Of a stretch of DNA of 64,000 nt, positions 26,512 through 35,850 are shown piece by piece. The stretch comes from a virus. A program made the translations under genes and the position numbers. How positions within the stretch are numbered: position 1 is the first letter of the stretch; every line of letters begins with the position of its first letter. The notes under the pieces are model-generated. The model was not told the origin of the DNA and did not search any database. It saw only the letters and a list, made by a program, of their open reading frames with translations. Where the stretch lies: positions 1-64,000 of IMG/VR virus record IMGVR_UViG_3300042460_000724; one strand, 5' to 3'.

Positions 26512-27099
26512 TCAATTTTTATTAATTGCTATGCTAACATCAGCATATCCATCTTTAACTAACGCAGTTTCTTGGTGTTCTTTTATTAATTTTGCTTGAA
26601 TAGGTCCCTGCAATTCACCTTTCCAATGTACAGCCGCACTAGTCATTTCTTCAGAATTTTCCCATTTTTGAAACGCTAAAGTACAAAAACCAGTACTTAA
26701 TACTGTAACAGTGTCTCCACCATGATACTCTCCGGGCATTAGCTTTTTGCGAGCGGTACCCCAAATTTTAGAAACATCGTTAGATTGTCTAGGACTAAGC
26801 CCACCGCCACCTAATTCCATTGTAATAACTTCCATTCTAGGATGTGCATGCCTACGAATGTACATTTTAGGGTATTCTAAATAAAATTCTACTTGGTAAT
26901 TACCTTTTCGGAATACACATATAGCAACTGCATCATCACTCCGTATTACTTCTGCATTGAATGGTATCATCATTGGCATTTTAGATTTCATATACCATTC
27001 TACAAAATCTTCTAATGTATTCCAATCATCTGGTATCGTTATTCCATTAAAAAATTCGGTTGCATCGTATTGTTTCCATATCTCTAACTGTGTTGGCAT
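26512..27099 (-). CDS. Cupin-fold protein
   Basis: RHAHP...HG...SAAVHWKG...GP....LI. Confidence 0.7.
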   Translation of the reverse strand: MPTQLEIWKQYDATEFFNGITIPDDWNTLEDFVEWYMKSKMPMMIPFNAEVIRSDDAVAICVFRKGNYQVEFYLEYPKMYIRRHAHPRMEVITMELGGGGLSPRQSNDVSKIWGTARKKLMPGEYHGGDTVTVLSTGFCTLAFQKWENSEEMTSAAVHWKGELQGPIQAKLIKEHQETALVKDGYADVSIAINKN

Positions 27100-27100
27100 T

Positions 27101-27412
27101 TTATTCCTCTATTATTGAAAATTCTGTTTCTATATCATTGCTTTTATTATAAGCATTACTCGGCTCAATTACATTATTGTAACAAACATCATCTGTCACA
27201 AACTCTAAGAAAATAAGATGCGATTGCCAAACTGTTGTACCAATCATAGTTAATCCATCATCAGTCATATGTTTTTCTGACTTAATGAATTTACCAGTCT
27301 TTATGTACTTTTCATGAAAATACATATTGTATTTTTCTACCGTAGGATACTTTTCTGTATAAAACAATGTTTCTTTATTTGGTCTTGTTTGTTTTTTAAT
27401 TACAGTGAACAT
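27101..27412 (-). CDS. Small alpha/beta protein, paralog 3
   Basis: TRP...FY...YIKTGK...DDGLT...W.S...AYN. Confidence 0.7.
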   Translation of the reverse strand: MFTVIKKQTRPNKETLFYTEKYPTVEKYNMYFHEKYIKTGKFIKSEKHMTDDGLTMIGTTVWQSHLIFLEFVTDDVCYNNVIEPSNAYNKSNDIETEFSIIEE

Positions 27413-27421
27413 GATATCTAT

Positions 27422-28618
27422 TTAGTCATTACACAAGTAATGCCATTTAGTTTTACAAACCGATAAGGTATCTTGGTTTCGCATAAAACGCATATCAATT
27501 TGATTCAAGTAGCTTTTCCAATGATATTGCCATGCTTGCTGTATTCGTTCGAAATCAGGAACTTCTGTCAAAATATTATCCCACGCCCTTGTACCCAATT
27601 TAAAGCCATCTAATATTGCAAAAGGTTTATCTGCTTGAAAGCGATTGAAGTCCCAATATGGATAACAAACTAGTTTTGCAATTTCGGTTACTTGTGTATA
27701 TTCAAGGTAATGATGTTTATAACTCATATTAACAAATGACGGGTCTACTTTTATACGATCAGAAGTTGCCTGTACTAAGTATGCTTTGGTATTATTTATT
27801 TTAAAATAACGTTTCATCATATGAGCCTGTGCCACTGCAATATCAGGAAAATTAGGAGACCAATAAAAATACTCAGTACCGTGTGGATTATCGGGATTTG
27901 GTTGAGCCATACAAGCAGTATCAACAAAGTAAAAGAACCATTTACCTTCTTTATGAACCACACACGGCTTATCAACCCCAAATATACTAGCCACTTTTTT
28001 GCCCTGAAGTGCTAGTGTACCTTCTGTTACACTAAATGTGTTTTGTTTTTGCGCTCTGGCAATACTAGGTAAGTTACTAACATCATTGGCAAATATATCA
28101 TCTTTGTAAAATTGCTCTTTTACTGTATTAGTCCAATCTGCTATCTCAATTTTAATTTTAGGATGATTTTTACCTAGCCACTCTAAGTCTTTCTTTAAGA
28201 CTAAATCCCATTCACTGTGGAAATTTGCGTTGGTTCTGTCTAAACTATTAGGAGTATATATACCTTTATCCATTAGTTGTTCTGGCCATTGAACAAAAAT
28301 ATGATCTAATTTTATTCCATACTCTAAAAAAGTCATTAGTATATTATGACTATCGCTACCACCACTATAGTTTAGGATTAGATAGTCATTACTATCTCTT
28401 AATTGCTGGGCTCTTGCTCTATATAATTCTTTAAGCAATATGTGATTGCTATTGAATTTAATACTGGCTGCAGAAAATACATCATCATAGAAGTTCCAAC
28501 TTAATTCCGATTTTGTTTTGCTGGCCTCAAGTATTGCTTGCAATTTGTTGCCAGTAGAGACACCATTGACAATGTAATGACCATTGGTTTTATTACTTAA
28601 TATCATGCGGGATTCCAA
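27422..28618 (-). CDS. SGGxDS PP-loop (asparagine-synthetase-like) protein
   Basis: LIL.YSGGSDSHNIL...G.DKP. Confidence 0.78.
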   Translation of the reverse strand: MESRMILSNKTNGHYIVNGVSTGNKLQAILEASKTKSELSWNFYDDVFSAASIKFNSNHILLKELYRARAQQLRDSNDYLILNYSGGSDSHNILMTFLEYGIKLDHIFVQWPEQLMDKGIYTPNSLDRTNANFHSEWDLVLKKDLEWLGKNHPKIKIEIADWTNTVKEQFYKDDIFANDVSNLPSIARAQKQNTFSVTEGTLALQGKKVASIFGVDKPCVVHKEGKWFFYFVDTACMAQPNPDNPHGTEYFYWSPNFPDIAVAQAHMMKRYFKINNTKAYLVQATSDRIKVDPSFVNMSYKHHYLEYTQVTEIAKLVCYPYWDFNRFQADKPFAILDGFKLGTRAWDNILTEVPDFERIQQAWQYHWKSYLNQIDMRFMRNQDTLSVCKTKWHYLCND

Positions 28619-29519
28619 TTATCTCCGTCAATAGTTCATCTAACGTTCTATTTACTAGTTGTCTATAAGGTAAACCTTTATATTTTTGTTTGAGGAAAGA
28701 TTCAAATTCATTTATCAATTCATCAGTCTTTTCAAAACCAGTTTGTTTTTCTCTAGTTATCAGATCGGGATATGCTTCTCTAAATCCTGATAGTTTTGAG
28801 GAATTAAGTCCTAATTTTCCTATTATTTCATCATTGACTAATTGTTTAAACCATTTAAGTTGAGTATAAGATATTACTAAGCCGGGCGTCCATTTCCACC
28901 ATTGATAAATTGCAGGACGATTGTGCAATATATTGTATTTGTCGCAACCAATATCATGCTCAAAATCTTGTGCCAACCACGTAGCTTTTTTAGTATAATC
29001 ATCATGCGGCCTATACCATCGTATATCGCTATGACCTACAATGATTAATCCATCTGCACATTCGGTAAATTTAATATGAGGTAACATTCTAGGACGATCT
29101 ATCTGAGCATCCTCTGCTATTTTTTCAGCATCATTTTCATAAAATTGTTGTAAATTAAAATCTATTAAATTATATTCAACTTTTAATATTGTACAAATGG
29201 TTATAGCATAACTTACATCATAAATGTTTAAATCGTTTTCATATCGTACAATGTATACTTTAGGATTAGCACCTATATCTAAATAAGCACGTAGAATCAA
29301 TTCACTATCTACCCCACCACTAAAGAATATGCAAGGTTTTAATCCGGGGTAATGATCCAATGTACTTTTTGCTGCCTTCTGTAATTCTTCCTTAAAGGAA
29401 CCAATTGGCGTATTTGATTTACCGTAGAATGTGTTAAACGGCAAATTACTTGTTTGACGACCAAATAGTGGTTCATCACCATATTGCCATTGATACCAAT
29501 TGTTTTCACTTGTGTACAC
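28593..29519 (-). CDS. SGGxDS PP-loop protein
   Basis: IFFSGGVDSE...R.K.TGFE. Confidence 0.78.
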   Translation of the reverse strand: MYTSENNWYQWQYGDEPLFGRQTSNLPFNTFYGKSNTPIGSFKEELQKAAKSTLDHYPGLKPCIFFSGGVDSELILRAYLDIGANPKVYIVRYENDLNIYDVSYAITICTILKVEYNLIDFNLQQFYENDAEKIAEDAQIDRPRMLPHIKFTECADGLIIVGHSDIRWYRPHDDYTKKATWLAQDFEHDIGCDKYNILHNRPAIYQWWKWTPGLVISYTQLKWFKQLVNDEIIGKLGLNSSKLSGFREAYPDLITREKQTGFEKTDELINEFESFLKQKYKGLPYRQLVNRTLDELLTEIIGIPHDIK

Positions 29520-29937
29520 GTGTATATGTCCTAAATATTATATCCCATAAGGGAGTAAACAACCCGTAATTAAAAGTAGAGCGGTGATGTATTAAATGCC
29601 ATTTGCCACTAGTTAATATAGGAATGTTAAAATTTTCATTGTGTTCAATTGTTTCTTGAATAAACGCTGCCCAAACATAATAAAATAATAGTATCCACCA
29701 TTGTCCTGTTACCATTGAAAAAAGAATTGTGGGGATAACTTCAGTAAGCCACAAATCTATAGTACTAGTCCAATCATCATTGAACAAGAACAGATTAGAC
29801 CAATGCCATGTGGTCTTATATTGTAGCACAAATCTATGATGATGCATATGTACATTACGCATCACAGGTAGATAATGACCTATTCTATGAATCCAATATA
29901 ACATTAGAGTCCATAGTAAAAAATACAAAACAAACAT
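29506..29937 (-). CDS. Fatty acid hydroxylase / sterol desaturase family protein
   Basis: HRIGH, HMHHH, HLIHH, NYG..TPLWD. Confidence 0.88.
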   Translation of the reverse strand: MFVLYFLLWTLMLYWIHRIGHYLPVMRNVHMHHHRFVLQYKTTWHWSNLFLFNDDWTSTIDLWLTEVIPTILFSMVTGQWWILLFYYVWAAFIQETIEHNENFNIPILTSGKWHLIHHRSTFNYGLFTPLWDIIFRTYTRVHK

Positions 29938-30711
29938 TTAAATTTTTATCAGTTTTATGATAAGTCCGGATATATCAAATTCCCACCACTGCTTTTTAAA
30001 TGTGTAGTCTTTGGGGAATCTGTGATGATTATTGTGCCACGCTTCTCCCCAACTAGGGATGGCCCATAACCAATTATTAGCACTTTGGTCATTTAAATTG
30101 TAGCTACGATAGCTTCCCCACCATGCAGGTTTATGTCCAACATAATTAACTACGTTACTCATTACACCAGTAAGTAATGCAGGAGCCCAATGTAGGAATA
30201 TCATTAGCCAAAAGCCACCAATCATATACAATATTATACTATAAAATGCAATTATAGCAAAGTAATAACGGTGCAACAACTGTTGGAACTTATCGGTAAC
30301 AAGCCCACGCATACGCCATTTAGTATCGGTATCTACTTCATTTACATAGTCGAGTTTGAAAATGCTTAAGCCTTTATATAAAGGACTATGAGGATCTGAT
30401 GGCTTATCACTTTTTAAATGATGATTAATATGTATAGCAACCCAAGCTAGTGGACTACCTGTACCCGCAAAACAACCAAACACGGATAAAATTTTAGTTA
30501 ATAAAGGATAGGTAGTATAGCTATTATGAGTTAATCTTCTATGATACGTGACTACTATCCCCAAACATCCGTACATAAAATATCCTATAAGTATTAATAA
30601 TAATGCATTAGCCGTTATGCCATATATTCCAAAGGCTGCGATAGTACCTATCAATGATAGGATCATAAATATTTGTGCACCTTTTGTGCTTGATGATAGG
30701 TAGTGTGTCAT
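29938..30711 (-). CDS. Acyl-lipid delta-9-type desaturase
   Basis: HRRLTH, HINHH..SD...DPH and GEAWHNNHH His boxes. Confidence 0.92.
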   Translation of the reverse strand: MTHYLSSSTKGAQIFMILSLIGTIAAFGIYGITANALLLILIGYFMYGCLGIVVTYHRRLTHNSYTTYPLLTKILSVFGCFAGTGSPLAWVAIHINHHLKSDKPSDPHSPLYKGLSIFKLDYVNEVDTDTKWRMRGLVTDKFQQLLHRYYFAIIAFYSIILYMIGGFWLMIFLHWAPALLTGVMSNVVNYVGHKPAWWGSYRSYNLNDQSANNWLWAIPSWGEAWHNNHHRFPKDYTFKKQWWEFDISGLIIKLIKI

Positions 30712-30736
30712 AAAAGTATTTTATAGTGTCACTTAT

Positions 30737-31249
30737 TTAGTCGAGGTGTATTCTGTTTTTATACATAGCATCTTTTTTAAACTTATTTTTTACTGACTCA
30801 AATGATTCTTCAGTTGAACCCAATGATAGCAAATATCTCACATCCGTTTTACTATTATTTGATACACTATGAAATTGTTTGGTGTTAAGTAATACTAATT
30901 TATTTTTAGCATATGGGATAAGTTCTTTATTTTTTAAATTATTATTGTACACAAACGCACAAAAGTTATTAGAATTTTCAACCATTAGCATATTAACTGC
31001 GGCAAATCGTTTGCTATCTTTATGTATTCCATAATCCCATCCAGGTTCATTTTTAAAGAATCCAGCATCGTCAATTTTAAAAGGCATCACATTTTGAATT
31101 AAGAATCTTAGGTCTTTACTAATGTCAGCCCGACATTGCCTGTGTTTACTAGTATACCATTCTGCCTTATTCAATTCTGTGTATATGTCATCAATAAATG
31201 TAAATTCTAAGTCAATGTGATAAAAAAAATCTTCTAAATTTTCTATCAT
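30737..31249 (-). CDS. Cupin/2OG-Fe(II) oxygenase-like protein
   Basis: IHKD..R.AAVN...FHSV.N...RY. Confidence 0.65.
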   Translation of the reverse strand: MIENLEDFFYHIDLEFTFIDDIYTELNKAEWYTSKHRQCRADISKDLRFLIQNVMPFKIDDAGFFKNEPGWDYGIHKDSKRFAAVNMLMVENSNNFCAFVYNNNLKNKELIPYAKNKLVLLNTKQFHSVSNNSKTDVRYLLSLGSTEESFESVKNKFKKDAMYKNRIHLD

Positions 31250-32001
31250 GTTTTTTTCCTAAAAATATCAATACAATATCCAATTGGGTCAACTTCCCAA
31301 TATTTTATTTTAGTAGTAAAATTTCCAGGATTTTTATGATGGTTATTATGCCATCCTTCACCCCATAATATCAATGATATAAACCAGTTGTTTTTACTTG
31401 AGTCTTTAGTTTCAAAGTTTCTATATCCAAACGTATGGGACAAGAATACAAACAAGTCAAGCGCAATGTATGACAAAGTAAATGGTATCACGTAGAAGAA
31501 ATAGAATAATGCAGGTGATATCATCAGTAATGCAACCGACCAAAGAATAATAAACAGCAAGTAATACTTGTTAATATTGATATGTGGTTTATTCAACATA
31601 TCAATAATTATGCGTTTATTAATAGTATCTCCATAATGTATCAAATGCGGAAAGAATATCTTCCAACCTACAGTTGATGGATCATGTGGATCTTGCGGGG
31701 TGTCTGAAAACTTATGATGAGTTCTATGGACGTATACCCAACCTAATGGGCTACCACGACCAGCAACAATAGCAAACCAAGTGCATACCCATTTAAGAAA
31801 ATTACTCTTAAATTCAAAGGAATGGTGCGAATAATAACGATGTAGCATCATACTTACACCTATACCACTGAGTAGAAAATAACCTATTAATACGTACGGT
31901 AATGCTTCCCAAGTAAATTCAAAGACAAAAAATCCAGCAATAGTCAATACTAGCGATAATAGTTGAAGTATTGAAAGATTTTTTGCGCTGGCAGTGAACA
32001 T
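31246..32001 (-). CDS. Second delta-9-type desaturase
   Basis: HRYYSH, HRTHH..SD...DPH and GEGWHNNHH. Confidence 0.92.
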   Translation of the reverse strand: MFTASAKNLSILQLLSLVLTIAGFFVFEFTWEALPYVLIGYFLLSGIGVSMMLHRYYSHHSFEFKSNFLKWVCTWFAIVAGRGSPLGWVYVHRTHHKFSDTPQDPHDPSTVGWKIFFPHLIHYGDTINKRIIIDMLNKPHININKYYLLFIILWSVALLMISPALFYFFYVIPFTLSYIALDLFVFLSHTFGYRNFETKDSSKNNWFISLILWGEGWHNNHHKNPGNFTTKIKYWEVDPIGYCIDIFRKKT

Positions 32002-32032
32002 AAATATATTTATCTTGAAAAGTATCTACCCA

Positions 32033-32638
32033 ATGAAAATAGTACGTTATAGTGATTTAGCTGATGATGCTGAGTTTTTTAATTTTTTAAAAACACAATC
32101 ACTTGAGGTAGATCAACCTGCAAGCGTAAACCTTTGGACAGAAGATTGGGAAACAAATGTAAGTACTCTACCTTACATATTAAATAATACCAAACGATTC
32201 GACGGTACTAACGGCGAGTTTTATATACTATACGAGAATGATTTAATCATAGCGTGTGGCGGAGTGTATATTAGTGATTTCAGTAAGGATATTGCAATTG
32301 CAGGTGTTCGTACTTGGGTTAGTAAAAATTATCGGCATTTAGCGTTAAACAAAGACTATCTATTAGTAGAACATAAAAAATGGGCTATGAATAAGAATAT
32401 AAAAATGATAGCTCTTTCATTCAATGAATATAACAAGAATATTATCCAAATTTTCAAACGTAATAGATTAGGTGAGAAGCCAGGAAGAATCAACAGTCGA
32501 GAACCTCATAATATATTTTATAGTGGTCTGCATGAAGTTAACTTTCCAGTAACTATACAATATACTCGACAATGGATAATATACGAAAAAATTGACAATA
32601 CATTTAACTTTGATTGGTCAAAACTAATGAAAGTATAA
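32033..32638 (+). CDS. GNAT-like acetyltransferase
   Basis: IIACGG...RTWV.K.YR...SFNEYN; start corrected. Confidence 0.6.
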   Translation: MKIVRYSDLADDAEFFNFLKTQSLEVDQPASVNLWTEDWETNVSTLPYILNNTKRFDGTNGEFYILYENDLIIACGGVYISDFSKDIAIAGVRTWVSKNYRHLALNKDYLLVEHKKWAMNKNIKMIALSFNEYNKNIIQIFKRNRLGEKPGRINSREPHNIFYSGLHEVNFPVTIQYTRQWIIYEKIDNTFNFDWSKLMKV

Positions 32639-32639
32639 A

Positions 32640-33200
32640 ATGACAGCAATGAAGTATCATCATCTTTTAGATTTACCAACATCTTATTTTATTAAAGATT
32701 TTAATGTAATACCTGAACTACCAGAAAATAAAGAATTTCATGTATCTAGGTGTGATCCTAAACTTTATTTGCAAGATAACATATACAAAAAACTATCAGA
32801 ATTAGGAACATTGTATAGTCTAGTATTTTCTATGATTCCGGGAGCAGATAAAAAAAGTATTCATATAGATTTAGATGCCTCTACACTAGAACCATATTGG
32901 CCTAGTCTTAATATTATAATTAACGGTCAGGGTGTTATGAGATGGTTTAATCCAGCTGCCATCGGAGTTACTTTAAAAAACAACAATGCAGGAGTGTTTT
33001 ATAAAGCATGGTTTAATAATTACGGAGAACCAATTGATGAATGGAATCACGGAAAAGTAGCATTAGTACGAACTGACACTCCGCATCAGGCTTGGAATTT
33101 TGACAATGATATTAGAAGAATAGTAACTATTCGTTGGAGTAATAGGAGATCATGGGAAGAAACTATTGATTGGTTTAATAGAAACTTCCCTGATAGTTAA
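32640..33200 (+). CDS. Cupin/2OG-Fe(II) oxygenase-like protein
   Basis: IHID...LN...LVRTD.PH...N...R. Confidence 0.65.
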   Translation: MTAMKYHHLLDLPTSYFIKDFNVIPELPENKEFHVSRCDPKLYLQDNIYKKLSELGTLYSLVFSMIPGADKKSIHIDLDASTLEPYWPSLNIIINGQGVMRWFNPAAIGVTLKNNNAGVFYKAWFNNYGEPIDEWNHGKVALVRTDTPHQAWNFDNDIRRIVTIRWSNRRSWEETIDWFNRNFPDS

Positions 33201-33736
33201 ATAGAAACTTTACCTATAGAATTAACAACCGCCGCAATGCGACCAATTGCCATTAATTCTTGAGTAGTCATTCCTTCTTTTTTTAGTGTATCATAATGTG
33301 CTTTTACACAGAAATGACATTTACCAATGATACTTGCGGCTAATGAATACATTTCAAATTTCTTCTTAGATACACCACCGTGTGTAGCATACGCATTCAT
33401 ACGCAAGCCAGCTGGTAAACCCTTCATGCCTTCATCTCCTGCCATCTCAACGAATGGGTACCATACGTTGTTTTGACCCATGAGACTTGCGGCTGTCTTT
33501 GCGGCTTCACGCTCTGCTTCATTACTGAACAATGGACTGTTATGTTCAATCTCAAACGCTAAACCACCATTGCCTGCGGCTAATGCTGATACATAAGCAA
33601 TAGCGTGTGTGTCTACTGGATCTAGCCCTGAACGATTAATAACTGCATCAATGTTTAGTTTGATATCTTTAGAGTGATCTGGGATACTATCTTTTACAGA
33701 TTGTACCCAATCACCATTTAAGGTGATTGGATTCAT
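33197..33736 (-). CDS. ahpD: Alkyl hydroperoxide reductase AhpD
   Basis: KDIKLN, MGQNNVWY, E..SLAAS.IGKCHFCV.AH. Confidence 0.93.
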   Translation of the reverse strand: MNPITLNGDWVQSVKDSIPDHSKDIKLNIDAVINRSGLDPVDTHAIAYVSALAAGNGGLAFEIEHNSPLFSNEAEREAAKTAASLMGQNNVWYPFVEMAGDEGMKGLPAGLRMNAYATHGGVSKKKFEMYSLAASIIGKCHFCVKAHYDTLKKEGMTTQELMAIGRIAAVVNSIGKVSI

Positions 33737-34320
33737 AGTGTTTCACCACCAATTGGACGACTGCAAGGGCATAGTTCACCGGTTTGCAATGCATCTAATA
33801 CACGCAATGTTTCTTCTGGGCTACGACCAACATCTAAATTATTAACAGTAACGTGTTGAATAACATTATTTGGGTCAACAATGAAGGTTGCTCTCAATGC
33901 CGCTCCTGCAGGTTTGTAAAAGATACCAAGTTGATTTGCTAGACCTTCTGGAAGTTTCTTTGTCCATTTATCTGTTTCTTGATCATAACCTTCGTCTGCT
34001 TCTCTTGCGGTATCAGCAAATTGATTATGACTAATCTTTGCTAAGTCTGGATGTGCTTTTTGCCAAGCTACTTTACAGAACTCATTATCAGTAGAACCTG
34101 TTAGTAATACTGCATCACGATCAGCAAAGTCTTGTGTCAATTTGTCATATGCTACAATTTCTGTTGGGCATACAAATGTAAAGTCTTTTGGATAGTAAAC
34201 GATAATTTTCCATTTACCTGCAAAACTTTCTTCTGTAATTGGGAAGAACGCATCTTCCGGTTGTCCTGGCTTAACACCTGTTATTACAAATTTTTCTAAT
34301 TTATCACCGACTGTTTTCAT
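33733..34320 (-). CDS. ahpC: Peroxiredoxin AhpC
   Basis: YPKDFTFVCPTE...DALQTGELCPC. Confidence 0.95.
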   Translation of the reverse strand: MKTVGDKLEKFVITGVKPGQPEDAFFPITEESFAGKWKIIVYYPKDFTFVCPTEIVAYDKLTQDFADRDAVLLTGSTDNEFCKVAWQKAHPDLAKISHNQFADTAREADEGYDQETDKWTKKLPEGLANQLGIFYKPAGAALRATFIVDPNNVIQHVTVNNLDVGRSPEETLRVLDALQTGELCPCSRPIGGETL

Positions 34321-34390
34321 ATTTTCTCCTTGTGTGTAGTCTGTATGAGTATAACATACTCAGTATTATTTATACATTGAAACGGGTACC

Positions 34391-34693
34391 TTATTCTTCA
34401 CTAGATGGTAAGCCGTTACTATGTTTATCTGTAGTTTTCTCTACATCTTGGTACAATCGTTTTTCTTGTGCTGTTAATGTGTCTTTGTGTGTCCTACGAG
34501 GGTTGCCACATAGATAGCACTCTGGATTGCCGCAATCCATAGCGTGATGTTTAGCTAAACGATGAGGTTCTTTTACTGCTTTATCTTTATTAGTCAATCC
34601 GTGTGCTTTTGCTATCTTAACTTGTTTTTTAACTGCTGTTTCGTCCCTATGACGGCGTTGTGAATTTAAAAATTTTGCTAAATCATTGGCCAT
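34391..34693 (-). CDS. Hypothetical protein with Cys motif
   Basis: DCGNPECYLCGNPR. Confidence 0.7.
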   Translation of the reverse strand: MANDLAKFLNSQRRHRDETAVKKQVKIAKAHGLTNKDKAVKEPHRLAKHHAMDCGNPECYLCGNPRRTHKDTLTAQEKRLYQDVEKTTDKHSNGLPSSEE

Positions 34694-35079
34694 TATATTT
34701 CTCTCTATAATCATTTACTGCGGCTTTGATGGCGTCTTCGGCAAGGATACTGCAGTGGATTTTGACTGGGGGGAGGCTGAGTTCTTCGGCAATATGGGAG
34801 TTTTTAATTGATGTTGCTTCATCCAATGTTTTACCCTTGACCCAGTCTGTGACAAGACTTGAGCTAGCAATTGCTGACCCGCACCCATATGTTTTAAATT
34901 TGGCATCTGTTATAATTCCTGTTTCTTTATTCACTTTTATTTGGAGTTTCATTACATCTCCAACAACCACACGCCGGGGCTCCTACCATACCAGTCCCAA
35001 CGTGCGTGTCCTCCTTATCAAAAGTTCCCACATTTCGTGGGTTTTCGTAGTGGTCAACTACTTTATCTGAATATGCCAT
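34683..35079 (-). pseudogene. iscU: Fe-S scaffold IscU, frameshifted by 7 extra nt at APACGD
   Basis: MAYSDKVVDHYENPRNVG...GAPAC in one frame; GDVMKLQ...GCGSAIASSS...LPPVKIHCS in another. Confidence 0.85.
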
Positions 35080-35668
35080 TATAGTTCTCCAATATACTAT
35101 TAACTATTTCCTCAGATTGAAACGTGTCCCATTTCTTTCTGTTTTCTTCACCTGTTATAAATCTTAAATTACATAGATGTCCTATAATCATAGGATCAAT
35201 TTTAAGTTCATATCCCTGTTTAAAAGGTATGATATGATCCAATTGAATATCTGTTTTCCTTTTGCCAGTAACTGGCATTAGATTTTGCTCTCTAAGTCTA
35301 TATAGAGTCCGGCGTGTTGCTTTATTACATTCTCTCTTGTATTTAACTAACTCATCATTTATTTGTTTTTTAGGTCGTTGAACGTTTAATTTTCCTTCCC
35401 AATTTGGATTTGATGAACCAGTCCATTTTTCTTTTTGTCTTGGATTATCTTTCCCCTTGTTCCATCCATGACCCTTTTTAAGACCTTCTGTGTTTAATTT
35501 AGACTTTTGGTCAGGTGTCATTTTTATACCCTTGTTCCAAGGTATATTGCCTACTCGATTTATCGGGTTTTTGCAAGGAGTTGAACAAAACTCTAAAAAT
35601 CTAGGTTTAGTTATAAACCCAATTCCACAATGCGAGCAACATATTAATAAGCCATATTTATTTTTCAT
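35063..35668 (-). CDS. HNH homing endonuclease with NUMOD-type repeats
   Basis: PWNKG repeats; QLDHIIP...NLRFI..EEN..K. Confidence 0.85.
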   Translation of the reverse strand: MKNKYGLLICCSHCGIGFITKPRFLEFCSTPCKNPINRVGNIPWNKGIKMTPDQKSKLNTEGLKKGHGWNKGKDNPRQKEKWTGSSNPNWEGKLNVQRPKKQINDELVKYKRECNKATRRTLYRLREQNLMPVTGKRKTDIQLDHIIPFKQGYELKIDPMIIGHLCNLRFITGEENRKKWDTFQSEEIVNSILENYNGIFR

Positions 35669-35850
35669 ATAACTATTTATCTAGGTGCGCCCGTTTGTGA
35701 GGATTATCAATCCTTTTTGAACATAGTCAAAATCTTTGTTTGAATGTTCTTTGCAAACTGAGGTTGAGGGAAATTCCAACCAATAAAAGCACCTAGTGCT
35801 AACCAAAATAATGTTTCTAACATGATATATACTCCTTGTATGTATTGTAT

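Noticed and set aside
27422-29519. Lasso-peptide cluster (AsnB-like cyclases)
   Set aside because: No recognisable precursor, RRE or transglutaminase-like leader peptidase nearby.
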